A DNA stretch of 64,000 nt from a candidate division WOR-3 bacterium (GTDB lineage: Bacteria > Hydrothermota > Tepidihabitantia > Tepidihabitantales > Tepidihabitantaceae). Below the pieces are notes generated by a model. The model was not told the origin of the DNA. It did not search any database and saw only the letters and a list, made by a program, of their open reading frames with translations. Shown in pieces: positions 1 to 11,449 of the stretch. Location: NCBI GenBank assembly GCA_965649225.1, contig CBFGJX010000015.1, positions 1 through 64,000 on the forward strand, given 5' to 3'. The position numbers and the translations under genes were made by a program. The first letter of the stretch is position 1, and each line of letters starts with the position of its first letter.

Positions 1-1
1 C

Positions 2-1720
2 TGGGGCATTCGCGACATGGCCTACGATCCGGCGACCGACTATGTCTATGCCGGGTTTGACGGTGGCCGGTATCACGTTTACAACGCGACAACCCGGGTG
101 CCGGCGGCAACCTACTCGATATCAGGCTATACCACTACCGTGCGCGGCATGGCACATCATCCGGCCGAAGACTCGCTCTGGACGTGCGACTTCACCAACA
201 GCCCGATGTGGAAGTTCTCGGTAACCGGTACCAACGGGCATCTGGTCCGGGCGGCCGCCCAGATGGCATCGGCCTATGGTCTGGCGTTTGATCCGATTCA
301 GAACTGTTTCTGGATGACCAATGCCGGCGGGACCGGTACCAGCCCGATCTGGAAAATCGAATACCCGAGCTACACAGTTACCGACAGCTTCAACCCGACC
401 GACTGGGACCTCGGCGGTGGCTGTGAGATGTGGCGCGACTCGTTCCTGCTGGCGCTGGAACAGGGTTCGCCGGATGACATGGTGTGGTGTATCAGATTCC
501 GTGGTATAACTCCGTCGGCGCATGACGTCATGACGGTTGCCGTAACGCCAACGGTGAAGATAGCACCCAATCGTGATGCCGAGTTCACCCAGACGGTGCG
601 CAACCGCGGTCAGAATGCCGAGACTTTCGACTGGTACTATCAGGTATACGATTCCACCGCCGGTCAGCTGGTGATCGATGAGACCGGTACAGTCAGTAAC
701 CTTCAGCCTGGAACCAGCCGGATGATCGTTGTCGATACGGTGCAGTTTCCGTCCGGTCACGTACTCAAGACGACGGCGTGGGTGTATCTGGCTGGCGACG
801 AAAATCCGGCCAACGACACTGTCCGGGCGAGAATCGAAGTTCGGCTCGGCAGTGCGCCGGATGGCTTCGGCTATGTCTACGAATCGACACAGGAAGAGGA
901 CACGCTGGTTTTCGGCTGGATCGATGCCACCGGCGGGACACAGATTACGAGCTGGTCACCCAACGCCGATGATGGTATTGCGGCGGTAACACTGCCCTTT
1001 ACCTTCCGCTACTATGATCAGAACATCACCAGTATGAACATCTGCACCAACGGATTCCTGCAGACCAGTTCGCTTACCAGCTATTCCAATACCGGATTTC
1101 CGACTGCCATCACCAATCATATCGCGCCATTCTGGGATGACCTTGATTTGCGGACTTCAGGGGCGGTTTACCAGTACAACGATCCGGGCAATACCTACAC
1201 CGTGTTCTCGTGGAACGGTGTGCCGCGCTACGGGGCGCCGTCCGAGTTGCAGACCTTCCAGGTGGTGCTCGACAATCAGGGCCGGATTCGCTTCAACTAT
1301 CTTGACGTGGGCGGAACGCTGAACTCCAACACCATCGGCATACAGGGGCTTTTAGGCAACAATTCCTGGTACCACCAGTACGTCTTCAATGGCACACCGA
1401 CTCATCACACCCCGGCTGATTCTGTGTCGGTGTTGTTCTACTACCCGCCGTACTTGGGCATGTCGGAAGCGAAGGGCTCGGTCACGACGCGGCGACTGGA
1501 GCTGAACTGTCCCTACCGGCTCAACTATCTGTCCCTGCCAGCGACGCTGGGTCAGGGAACGGTGCGGGTTTCCGATCTCAGCGGGCGTGTCGTGCGCGAA
1601 GCGCGACTGGACGGCAGAAAGCAGCTGATTTCGCTTGATGGGCTCAGCGACGGAGTGTATCTGGTACGGTTGGCAACCAACGTCAGTACCGAAACGCACA
1701 AACTCGTCCTGTTGCGCTAG
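2..1720 (+). CDS. Secreted modular protein, 5'-truncated (beta-propeller, CARDB-like Ig domain, GPDGFGY module, T9SS-like C-terminal tail)
   Basis: Frame open from window start. One CARDB-like unit (HDV...VRNRG...LAGDENPANDT). C-terminus LDGLSDGVYLVRL...KLVLLR resembles a T9SS type A sorting tail. Confidence 0.75.
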   Translation, partial: WGIRDMAYDPATDYVYAGFDGGRYHVYNATTRVPAATYSISGYTTTVRGMAHHPAEDSLWTCDFTNSPMWKFSVTGTNGHLVRAAAQMASAYGLAFDPIQNCFWMTNAGGTGTSPIWKIEYPSYTVTDSFNPTDWDLGGGCEMWRDSFLLALEQGSPDDMVWCIRFRGITPSAHDVMTVAVTPTVKIAPNRDAEFTQTVRNRGQNAETFDWYYQVYDSTAGQLVIDETGTVSNLQPGTSRMIVVDTVQFPSGHVLKTTAWVYLAGDENPANDTVRARIEVRLGSAPDGFGYVYESTQEEDTLVFGWIDATGGTQITSWSPNADDGIAAVTLPFTFRYYDQNITSMNICTNGFLQTSSLTSYSNTGFPTAITNHIAPFWDDLDLRTSGAVYQYNDPGNTYTVFSWNGVPRYGAPSELQTFQVVLDNQGRIRFNYLDVGGTLNSNTIGIQGLLGNNSWYHQYVFNGTPTHHTPADSVSVLFYYPPYLGMSEAKGSVTTRRLELNCPYRLNYLSLPATLGQGTVRVSDLSGRVVREARLDGRKQLISLDGLSDGVYLVRLATNVSTETHKLVLLR

Positions 1721-1829
1721 ACGTTCTGTTACCGGCCGGGTCGGCAACCTGATGCGTTGTCCGGCCCGGCCGGCGTTCATTCGGCCTCGGATTTGACCCC
1801 CGAAGACAGCGGGTTAATCTTTAGATGCC

Positions 1830-2366
1830 ATGAGTGCTGATGGCGGCCGTTCAGGTACCACGGGCGTGAATTCGCAGTCGCTGAGCTGGACTGTGCACCG
1901 CGCCCGTGAGACTCCGTTGAAGACACTGCTGGCCGTGCTTTTCGTGCTGTCTTTTCTCGGCTTTGTGGTGGTGTTTTTCGAGCCGGTGCTGGCGCTGGTC
2001 GGCGCAATCGTGCTATTGCTGGCGCTGAACAGTTACTTTCTCCCGGTAACATTTACTTTTCACCAGCGTGGGCTGACAGTGGACAAGCGTCTGTTCAAGG
2101 CCGAGTATCAGTGGAGTCAGTTCCGGCGCTGGCTGCGAACCTCGGGCGGCATCGTACTGTCGCCATTTTCCCAGCCGAGCTGGCTTGATAACTTCCGTGG
2201 CGTCCATCTGTTACTGCCCGAAGATGACAGTGCCATCGTTGACTGGCTGCAAAGACAATTTGCGCCGCCCGCTGATGACCGGCTGCGGTTGGACGACAAC
2301 CCGGTTGTTGAACAGCAAAGAGAGCTTCGGTCTGCGAACCGCGAAGAGCACAAGTCAGGAGTGTGA
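1830..2366 (+). CDS. Hypothetical membrane protein (2 TM helices plus a soluble, possibly PH-like domain)
   Basis: 178-aa ORF with two hydrophobic segments. TTGACC(1793)-N16-TAATCT upstream. Confidence 0.65.
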   Translation: MSADGGRSGTTGVNSQSLSWTVHRARETPLKTLLAVLFVLSFLGFVVVFFEPVLALVGAIVLLLALNSYFLPVTFTFHQRGLTVDKRLFKAEYQWSQFRRWLRTSGGIVLSPFSQPSWLDNFRGVHLLLPEDDSAIVDWLQRQFAPPADDRLRLDDNPVVEQQRELRSANREEHKSGV

Positions 2367-2419
2367 CCTTGACACCGGCACTGCAACCGATAGCATTGGC
2401 CGCGAGGAGAATCTAGCGA

Positions 2420-2650
2420 ATGAAAGCTGACCGAAAGCCAGCCAAACCACAGTCACAGCCAAAACCGGCCCGGAAACCGGAGCGACCCCAGATTGCTCTG
2501 GGCAGAAAGAACTACATCGTACTCGCAATCGGCCTGGCGACGATTGTTGCCGGGTTCATCTCGCTGTCTCAGGGTTCAATCACGCTGGCGCCGTTGTTGT
2601 TGGTGGTCGGATACTGCGGTTTGATACCGCTTGGACTGCTGCTCAAGTAG
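2420..2650 (+). CDS. Small two-TM membrane protein (DUF3098-like)
   Basis: GAGGAG SD, basic N-terminus, then LGRKNYIVLAIG...SITLAPLLLVVGY pattern. TTGACA(2369)-N16-TAGCAT upstream. Confidence 0.6.
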   Translation: MKADRKPAKPQSQPKPARKPERPQIALGRKNYIVLAIGLATIVAGFISLSQGSITLAPLLLVVGYCGLIPLGLLLK

Positions 2651-2693
2651 CCGCGCCGGAGCTGATACGCGAAAGAAACCGGGGGGCGGGGCG

Positions 2694-3281
2694 ATGCCGA
2701 AAAGGGCTGGTACGAAGGGAACGAACTGCCTCGATACCGTAGCCGACGAAGCAGCCGTCGGCCGCATGATTCGGCGACTGGCGGTTCAGATACACCGGCG
2801 GAACAGCGCAATTGACAATCTGGCCTTTGTTGGCATCAAACGCCGGGGTGTGCCGCTGGCAGAACGTCTGGCCGCAATCTGCAATCAATGGCGGACACAC
2901 GCAGCACCGGTCGGGGCAGTGGACATCACTTTGTACCGGGATGACCTGCGGCTTGTGGCCGAGACGCCAATTGTGCGCGGTTCCGAGCTTGGCTTCGGCG
3001 TTGACGGCTGCACGCTGATACTGGTGGATGATGTTCTGTTCACCGCCCGGACAGTTCGGGCGGCACTGAGCGAGATCCTCGATTTCGGCCGGCCGCGTTC
3101 GGTTCAGCTGGCGGTGCTGGTTGATCGTGGCGGTCGGGAACTGCCGATACAGCCTGACTTCTGCGGCCGGCGTATTGCCGCCGGAGCAACTGATATCGTC
3201 GATGTCCTTTTGAAAGAAACCGATGGTCAGGATGGCATTGTAGTGAGACGCGGGGCGTCGGCTGCCCGGCGGCGGCGATGA
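2694..3281 (+). CDS. pyrR: Pyrimidine operon regulator / uracil phosphoribosyltransferase PyrR
   Basis: GIKRRGVPLA, DITLYRDDL, LVDDVLFTARTVRAAL, LVDRGGRELPIQPD motifs. Overlaps pyrB start (ATGA). Confidence 0.93.
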   Translation: MPKRAGTKGTNCLDTVADEAAVGRMIRRLAVQIHRRNSAIDNLAFVGIKRRGVPLAERLAAICNQWRTHAAPVGAVDITLYRDDLRLVAETPIVRGSELGFGVDGCTLILVDDVLFTARTVRAALSEILDFGRPRSVQLAVLVDRGGRELPIQPDFCGRRIAAGATDIVDVLLKETDGQDGIVVRRGASAARRRR

Positions 3282-4213
3282 GTCGTTTGCGGCATCTGCT
3301 GGGGATTGAAGAGCTCTCCCGGCGCGACATTCTAAGGATACTGGATCAGGCCCGGGTGTTCCGTTCGGTGCTGGAGCGGCCGATTCCGGTCATTCCGGCA
3401 TTGCGCGGTCGGACCATCTGCAACCTATTTTTCGAGGCTTCGACCCGGACCGCGACCAGTTTTCAACTTGCTGCGGCACGGTTATCAGCTCAGTGTATCA
3501 ACTTCTCCCGGGCATCGTCATCGGTTGTCAAGGGCGAGAGTCTGCTTGATACAGCACGCAATATCGAAGCGATGCGGGTAGATGGCATCGTTGTCCGGCA
3601 TTCATCGCCTGGTGCGGCGCATTTCCTTGCCCGGCATTGCCGGGGATTTGTGATCAATGCCGGTGACGGGGCCCACGAGCATCCGACCCAGGCGCTACTC
3701 GACAGTTTTACCCTGCGGGAGCGACTCGGGACCCTGGAAGACAAGCGGGTGCTTGTGGTCGGAGATATTGCCCATTCGCGCGTTGCCCGTTCCAATATTC
3801 TGGCTTTCAACAAGCTGGGCGCGCGCGTTGCCGTGTGCGGGCCGCCGACACTGGTGCCGCGATGGTGTGAGGAACTTGGCTGCGAGGTGTTTTACCGGCT
3901 GGACCGCGTACTGTATGAAGTTGACGTCGTCAACATGCTCAGGGTTCAGCAGGAGCGTATTGGTGCGGCAAGTTTCCCGGGGGTGCGTGAGTATCGGGCG
4001 TTCTGGGGTTTGACCGAGCAGCGTCTGAGCCGGTTGCGGCCTGAAGTCGTGGTGATTCATCCCGGTCCGGTCAACTGGGGTGTCGAAATGGATTACGCAG
4101 TCAGCGGGTTTGAACGTTCTTTGATTCTGGATCAGGTGACCAACGGTGTGGCGGTGCGAATGGCGGTGATTTTCCTGCTTTCGGGAGGAGAAACCACGGA
4201 GGCAGCGGGGTGA
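3278..4213 (+). CDS. pyrB: Aspartate carbamoyltransferase catalytic subunit
   Basis: FFEASTRT, INAGDGAHEHPTQALLD, GDIAHSRVARS and HPGP motifs. Confidence 0.97.
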   Translation: MSRLRHLLGIEELSRRDILRILDQARVFRSVLERPIPVIPALRGRTICNLFFEASTRTATSFQLAAARLSAQCINFSRASSSVVKGESLLDTARNIEAMRVDGIVVRHSSPGAAHFLARHCRGFVINAGDGAHEHPTQALLDSFTLRERLGTLEDKRVLVVGDIAHSRVARSNILAFNKLGARVAVCGPPTLVPRWCEELGCEVFYRLDRVLYEVDVVNMLRVQQERIGAASFPGVREYRAFWGLTEQRLSRLRPEVVVIHPGPVNWGVEMDYAVSGFERSLILDQVTNGVAVRMAVIFLLSGGETTEAAG

Positions 4214-5502
4214 TTGAGCGGGTGGCAGCGGGACGACTGCTGCTGGCGGGCGGTACAGTCATTGATGTCCTGCGCAATCGAGTGGTGCGGGCCGACGTTC
4301 TTGTCGAGCATGGCCACATCGTAGCGGTCGGACTCCACTTGAAGGCTGCCGGCGCCGAACGGCTCGATTGTTCTGGTTATCACATTGCGCCTGGATTTGT
4401 TGATTTGCATTGTCACCTGCGTGAGCCGGGCCGTGAGGATGAAGAAACAGTTGCAACCGGTACCCGCGCGGCACTGGCCGGGGGTTTTACGCGGGTTTGC
4501 GCGATGCCCAACACCGAGCCGCCGGTTGACAACGAAGCGGCGGTGAGAATGCAGATTGAGCTGGCCCGGACGGCCGATTTCGCCCGGGTTTTTCCTGTCG
4601 GTTGCTGTACACGCGGCCGGGCCGGGCGCGAGCTGGCCGAAATCGGTGCGATGGCGGCGGCAGGAGCGGTCGCCGTTTCCGACGATGGCGACCCCGTTGC
4701 CGATCCGATGGTGATGCGCCGCTGTCTGGAGTACTGCAAAGCGTTTGACCTGCCGGTGATATCACATTGCGAGTTGCGGGAACTCACCGAAGGGCTGGCA
4801 AACGAGGGGCGAATCGCGAACCAGTTGGGTCTGAAAGCAATGCCAGCTTGTGCCGAGTCAGCCCAGGCGGCACGCGACATCATGCTGGCTGAGGCTACGG
4901 CTGGACGGGTCCACATTGCCCACGTTTCATCCCGCTTGACGGTTGAAGTCATCCGCTGGGCAAAACAACGTGGCGTTGCCGTCACAGCCGAAACCTGTCC
5001 CCATTATCTCGCCTTGACCGAAGCGGCTATCAACGGATTTGATACTAACTGCAAGGTCAACCCGCCGTTGCGCGAAGAGGCGGACCGGCGGGCACTGATT
5101 GCCGCCCTGGCCGATGGTACGATTGACTGCATCGCAACTGATCACGCCCCACACCTTCAGGGAGAAAAGGATAGCGAGTGGGACGCGGCGCCGCCAGGAA
5201 TGATTGGATTGGAAACGGCGTTCAGTATCGGCTATGAGACACTGGTGCTGAGCGGGGTGGAGAGTCTGGCGGAATTCATCGCCCAGCTAACCGTCCGTCC
5301 GGCAGCGATTATTGGTCAAACGCTGCCGCTGTTTGAGCCGGGCCGGCCGTCGGAGCTGGCGATTCTGGACCTTCAGGCCAGATGGCGGTACACCGCTCCC
5401 GTTTCTCGTTCAAGGAATTCGCCTTTTCTGGGCCGGGAGCTCAGCGGACGTATTGCTGCGGTTCTGCTGGGTGACAGCCTGTACCAGTTTCAGTCGCAAT
5501 AG
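4210..5502 (+). CDS. pyrC: Dihydroorotase (type I)
   Basis: PGFVDLHCHLREPG, MPNTEP, KVNPPLR and IATDHAPH motifs. Coupled to pyrB. Confidence 0.95.
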   Translation: MIERVAAGRLLLAGGTVIDVLRNRVVRADVLVEHGHIVAVGLHLKAAGAERLDCSGYHIAPGFVDLHCHLREPGREDEETVATGTRAALAGGFTRVCAMPNTEPPVDNEAAVRMQIELARTADFARVFPVGCCTRGRAGRELAEIGAMAAAGAVAVSDDGDPVADPMVMRRCLEYCKAFDLPVISHCELRELTEGLANEGRIANQLGLKAMPACAESAQAARDIMLAEATAGRVHIAHVSSRLTVEVIRWAKQRGVAVTAETCPHYLALTEAAINGFDTNCKVNPPLREEADRRALIAALADGTIDCIATDHAPHLQGEKDSEWDAAPPGMIGLETAFSIGYETLVLSGVESLAEFIAQLTVRPAAIIGQTLPLFEPGRPSELAILDLQARWRYTAPVSRSRNSPFLGRELSGRIAAVLLGDSLYQFQSQ

Positions 5503-5511
5503 TAACGCCGG

Positions 5512-5540
5512 TTGACCGGGCGGATTTTGACAGTTATGCT
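5512..5540 (+). promoter_or_regulatory. Sigma70-type promoter, probably leaderless
   Basis: TTGACC-N17-TATGCT with ATG 7 nt downstream (5548) and no SD. Confidence 0.55.
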
Positions 5541-5547
5541 GACTCGG

Positions 5548-6114
5548 ATGGACGGCGGCGAAGAGCACCGTGGTTTGCAACCAATGCCGGACTGGTCATT
5601 CCTGATGATGGTCCGGTCGTACCGTATCGTCAGTTTCTTTCAGAACCCGCTACGTCTGCTTGACCGGCTCAGTATCAAACCTGGAATGACGGTAGTTGAT
5701 TATGCCTGCGGGCCGGCCCGGTTCAGCAGCGAAATCGGACGTCGGGTTGGCCCGACAGGCAGGGTGTTCGCGGTGGATATTCACCCCCGGGCTGTGGCAA
5801 TGGTACATGATGCCGCTCGGCGTGACGGCTTGGATAATGTCACGGCGGTGCTGGCTGCTGGCTATGACAGCCATCTGCCCGATTGCATTGCCGATATGGT
5901 GCTGCTGATTGATGCTCTGCACGAAATCGATGACCGGACAGCGCTGGTTCGGGAATTGCGACGGATCATCCGATGCGACGGACGCCTGTTTATCCGGGCC
6001 GACCACATGGCGGTGGAGGAAGCGGTTGCTGCCGTCACCGCGGACCAGCTGTTCTGTCTCGTCGCTCGAAGGGGCAGGGAACTTCACTTCACACCTGTTC
6101 AGCATCAGACTTGA
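5548..6114 (+). CDS. Class I SAM-dependent methyltransferase
   Basis: VVDYACGPA motif I, GRVFAVDI, and LHEIDD...ELRRII. Start chosen from promoter position. Confidence 0.8.
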   Translation: MDGGEEHRGLQPMPDWSFLMMVRSYRIVSFFQNPLRLLDRLSIKPGMTVVDYACGPARFSSEIGRRVGPTGRVFAVDIHPRAVAMVHDAARRDGLDNVTAVLAAGYDSHLPDCIADMVLLIDALHEIDDRTALVRELRRIIRCDGRLFIRADHMAVEEAVAAVTADQLFCLVARRGRELHFTPVQHQT

Positions 6115-6264
6115 CCTTGACCTGCAATTGACCGCAACAGTCATTCGCTGCTACAGTTGACATAGTGCCGGGTGGTTCTGTATTGACAGCTGAATCGCGA
6201 TCTTGCACTTTGGCGGTATCGGACAAGGATTGTCTGCTGAGTGATTAACAGCCAGGAGGTTTGG

Positions 6265-8466
6265 GTGTATCGTTTGTTTGGAGTTCTGCTGTGTTCAGTT
6301 GTACTTTCAGCTCAGCCTGTTGACTGGGAAACGAGGCTGACTCTGCCCGCGGTCAGCGCCAACGACCTCTGTTTTCTGCGCGATGGGCAGTACGGCTGGC
6401 TTGTCGGGTCGGACGGTGCCGGTGGTGAAGTACGCAGCGCGATCTTCCGGACTACCGACGGCGGCGCGACCTGGTCCGAAGTCGCTTTCCCGAACCCGAC
6501 TTCGGTCTCGCTGGGCGGCGTATTCTTCGTTTCGGCCGACTCCGGCTGGGTGGTCGGGGACGGCGGCTACATCATTCGCACGACCGACGGCGGCGTGACC
6601 TGGCAGCGCCAGACCAGCCCTTCCGGCCGCAAGCTCGGCCGCGTCCACTTCGTCTCGCCGACCCTGGGCTGGATAACCGGCGGCTGGAACGACGGCGCGA
6701 GCTGGCTGCTGCTCAAGACCACCAATGGCGGCGCGAGCTGGCAGGACATCTCCTTCGGCGCGGACTGCTACTCGGCCGAAGACATCTGGTTTGCCGACTC
6801 GCTCAGGGGCTGGATTGTCGGCCAGAACTCGCGTATCGACCCGGTCATATATCACACCACCGACGGCGGCGCGACCTGGGCCGAGCAGGGCCACAACCTG
6901 CCCGCGGGCGCCGGCCCGGTCTCATCGATCTGCTTCCCCACGCCGCGCAAGGGCTGGGCCTCGACATCAAGCATCTACCGCACCCCGGCCGGCTCGATCC
7001 TGCACACCACCGACGGCGGCGCGAACTGGACAATCCAGGGCCAGACCGGACTGCACTACAACTACGCGCTGGACGCGCCCGATACGCTACGCGTCGCCGT
7101 CCTCGCCACGCAGGTCCTCAGCCCGGCCACCGCCCGCGTCGTCGTCACCACCGACGGCGGCGTCACCTGGACCCCTTACAACCTGCCGACCTACGACTAC
7201 GGCTCGGGCTGCCAGTACCGCGGCTCGCGCGTCTGGGTGGCGCAGGGGCGCTCCCAGGTGCTCTGCTCCGAGAATAACGGCGCCAACCCGCGCTGGCAGC
7301 TTTATGCCCCGCTCTGGGGTTCGGTTGCGTGGTCCGAACCCGGCACCGGCTGGGTCGTGACCGGCTCGAGCGCGGGCGGCGGCTACGCGCTCAAGACCAC
7401 GGACGGCGGCCTGAACTGGAGCCCCAGCACCGCGCCCGGCGGTGTCCAGGTGCAGTTCATCGACTCCCAGCGCGGCTGGATGCTGCAGGAAGGCAACTCC
7501 GCGCGCATCCACCGCACCACGAACGGCGGCCAGAACTGGACCAGCCACAGCATCGGCACCACCGCCTGGGTCGGCTACTTCCACTTCGCCACGCCCGACT
7601 CGGGCTGGGCCTGCGGTTCCAACGGCACGATGCGCGCCACCACGGACGGCGGCGTCACCTGGACCGCGCAAAACCTCGGCGTCACCCAGTACTGCGAGGT
7701 CGTCCACTTCGCGAGCTCGACCGAAGGCTGGGCCGCGGGCGGCTATGGCGGCGGCAATGGCTTCATTCGCCACACCACTGACGGAGGCCAGACCTGGACC
7801 GCTCAAACCCCGGCCCTGCCGGCCCAGGGCTCGGCAATCTGTTTCCTCGATAACCGGCGCGGCTGGCTCGGCGCCTACGGCGGTTCGGTCCAGCGCACCA
7901 CCGACGGCGGCGCGACCTGGCAGGCGATAAGCACTCTGCCGCATTTCTACTTCGAGGACATCCTGTTTGAGGACACGCTGGTCGGCTGGGCCGCAGTCGG
8001 CAACCCGGCCGGGTCCCAGCCGGGCGAGGACGGCCGCGGCTACATCTACCGTACCACCGACGGCGGCGCGACCTGGCAGCAGGAATACGTTTCGCCGTCG
8101 CCGCGCGGCTGGATTCTGAGCCTTGCCCGGCAACCCGGCGGCCCACTCTGGGCCTGCGGCGGCCACGCCACGATACTCTCATCGGCGAGCCCGGGCGGAT
8201 TTGCCGCGCGGCCCTTGCCCGCACCGGGCACTGGCCTGCGGGTCACCCCCAACCCGGCCCGCGCCCGCGCGGCGGTCAGCCTGCCGCCCGGCGCGCGCGC
8301 GGTCGCGGTCTATGATGCTGCTGGCCGCGCTATCCTCACACGGCCGCTCGACGGCGGCGCCGCCGGGACGCTCGTCCTTGACCTGCGCGGTCTTGCGTCC
8401 GGCGTGTATCTGGTCCGGGCCGACACCGAGCGCGGCCCGGCCGAGGTCAAGCTGATCGTGCGCTGA
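6265..8466 (+). CDS. Secreted YCF48/BNR-repeat beta-propeller protein with T9SS-like tail
   Basis: GGAGG then GTG. Signal peptide, ~12 TxDGGxxW repeats, C-terminal VTPNP...LRGLASGVYLV...KLIVR. Confidence 0.85.
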   Translation: MYRLFGVLLCSVVLSAQPVDWETRLTLPAVSANDLCFLRDGQYGWLVGSDGAGGEVRSAIFRTTDGGATWSEVAFPNPTSVSLGGVFFVSADSGWVVGDGGYIIRTTDGGVTWQRQTSPSGRKLGRVHFVSPTLGWITGGWNDGASWLLLKTTNGGASWQDISFGADCYSAEDIWFADSLRGWIVGQNSRIDPVIYHTTDGGATWAEQGHNLPAGAGPVSSICFPTPRKGWASTSSIYRTPAGSILHTTDGGANWTIQGQTGLHYNYALDAPDTLRVAVLATQVLSPATARVVVTTDGGVTWTPYNLPTYDYGSGCQYRGSRVWVAQGRSQVLCSENNGANPRWQLYAPLWGSVAWSEPGTGWVVTGSSAGGGYALKTTDGGLNWSPSTAPGGVQVQFIDSQRGWMLQEGNSARIHRTTNGGQNWTSHSIGTTAWVGYFHFATPDSGWACGSNGTMRATTDGGVTWTAQNLGVTQYCEVVHFASSTEGWAAGGYGGGNGFIRHTTDGGQTWTAQTPALPAQGSAICFLDNRRGWLGAYGGSVQRTTDGGATWQAISTLPHFYFEDILFEDTLVGWAAVGNPAGSQPGEDGRGYIYRTTDGGATWQQEYVSPSPRGWILSLARQPGGPLWACGGHATILSSASPGGFAARPLPAPGTGLRVTPNPARARAAVSLPPGARAVAVYDAAGRAILTRPLDGGAAGTLVLDLRGLASGVYLVRADTERGPAEVKLIVR

Positions 8467-8530
8467 AGCTGTAACGGAGGAATAACGAAGGCTGGACATT
8501 GGCCGGCCTTCGCAGTCCTCCGAGCGACGG

Positions 8531-9376
8531 TTACTTGATGCCGAACCCGGCCGACAGCGACACCGCGCCGAGCCAGTTGCTCGTGTAGCCGTCGGCGTTG
8601 GGGTTCTCCGGGTCAATCTGCCCGCCCTCGGCCCCGCCGCCGAGGTAGCGCGCGTTCAGGAAAGCGTCGATCGATTCGTTGACCCTGAACCCGTAGCGCA
8701 GCGAGGCGTCGAGAATCGCGCCCTTGAAACTGCTCTCGACATTGGTGCTGCCGGTGACGACCTTGCCCTGGGCATAGATGCCGTCGACCTCGGCCCCGAG
8801 CCACATCAACCGATTCAGGGGAAAGCGGGCGCGGACCTTGACCGCCGGCACCAGGCCGACGTCGGTGTACACCCGCTGCGCCGAGCCGTCCACCGCGGTG
8901 AAAGCTATGACCGCGTCGCGAATCTGCAGCGACAGTCCGGCCGAAAGCTCGCGGTCCGGGGCGCGCTGGAAGTCGTACAGCCAGCTCGCGCGGTAGAAGT
9001 CAAACCCGTAGCGCAGGCTCATCGGCGTGCCGGCCGGGAAAACCGTGGAATCGAGCAACAGCTCGTTCTGCAGGGTGGCCTGGCTGCGGGCGTCGAGCGG
9101 CTGGTACAGAAACACGAAGGTGTGCCGCGGCTTGAGATGCATCTCCAGCGACAGCCGCTGGAACGGGAACAGGATGTTCTGCCGGCCTTCACGCACATAG
9201 TCGAACTCGGTCCCGCGCGCGCCCGCGCCGAACCGGATGTCGTTCTTGAGCCAGCCGAACCAGCCGACCTCGGCCACGCCCCGTATCTCGTAGGGGTGCT
9301 CGGGCTTGTTGATGAGCGAAGCGGCCGCAGGTGCCGCGAAAATCAGGCCAGTCAGTAGAACAAGAATCGATTTCAT
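8531..9376 (-). CDS. Hypothetical exported protein, probable outer-membrane beta-barrel
   Basis: GGAG SD before MKSILVLL. Signal peptide, alternating aromatic beta-strand pattern, ends LSAGFGIK. Confidence 0.65.
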   Translation of the reverse strand: MKSILVLLTGLIFAAPAAASLINKPEHPYEIRGVAEVGWFGWLKNDIRFGAGARGTEFDYVREGRQNILFPFQRLSLEMHLKPRHTFVFLYQPLDARSQATLQNELLLDSTVFPAGTPMSLRYGFDFYRASWLYDFQRAPDRELSAGLSLQIRDAVIAFTAVDGSAQRVYTDVGLVPAVKVRARFPLNRLMWLGAEVDGIYAQGKVVTGSTNVESSFKGAILDASLRYGFRVNESIDAFLNARYLGGGAEGGQIDPENPNADGYTSNWLGAVSLSAGFGIK

Positions 9377-9506
9377 TTCACTCCTCCGTGTTTCGGTCTG
9401 CAATACACCCTCGCCCCTTCCGGACCCGAACAGTCTTGGACGCCTTTTCCGGTCTGGAGATGCGCCTGTCATTCGACAATCGACATTCGCAATGCGAGAT
9501 TCAGCC

Positions 9507-11033
<1,527 letters not shown>

Positions 11034-11044
11034 CAGCCCGTTTT

Positions 11045-11449
11045 TCAGCGTGGTTCAGGAAGTGTATCCAGTGCCAAGGCACGGCAGAAACCCGAGGCGG
11101 TACCATAGAGTTCGACACACTGGCGATAAATATCGGGGCCTTCTTTTGCCCCAAGGGCGGCCTGCCAGCGGATGATTGCCGAATCAAGTTCGGTAATCTG
11201 TCGGTCGAGTTCGACGATGCGTGCCTGAATCGCCGGTCGCTCCCACAGTTTTGACTGGCTGAGTCTCGCCCGCAACAGCCGGGACTGTTGCCGCAGTGCA
11301 CCGGCCCGTTCACGAAACGCGGCCAGTGATTCAGCCGGAGCAATCAGGTTCGATTGGGGTCGGGACCGGCCCCGGATGAGGAAATCACGAATCAGCCAAC
11401 CGATCGTGACAAGCGCAACGATACCAACCAGCCAGCCGACGATTTTCAA
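11045..11449 (-). CDS. Hypothetical membrane-anchored coiled-coil protein (paralog B)
   Basis: N-terminal TM helix, helical body, C-terminal [18 protein letters not shown]. Overlaps the upstream paralog. Confidence 0.7.
   Translation of the reverse strand: MKIVGWLVGIVALVTIGWLIRDFLIRGRSRPQSNLIAPAESLAAFRERAGALRQQSRLLRARLSQSKLWERPAIQARIVELDRQITELDSAIIRWQAALGAKEGPDIYRQCVELYGTASGFCRALALDTLPEPR

Noticed and set aside
6450..8075. Recurring ACCGACGGCGGCGCGACCTGG-like ~21-bp repeats resembling a CRISPR array
   Set aside because: They are in-frame codons for TDGGxTW BNR repeats, vary at synonymous sites, are spaced over 100 bp apart, and no cas genes are present.
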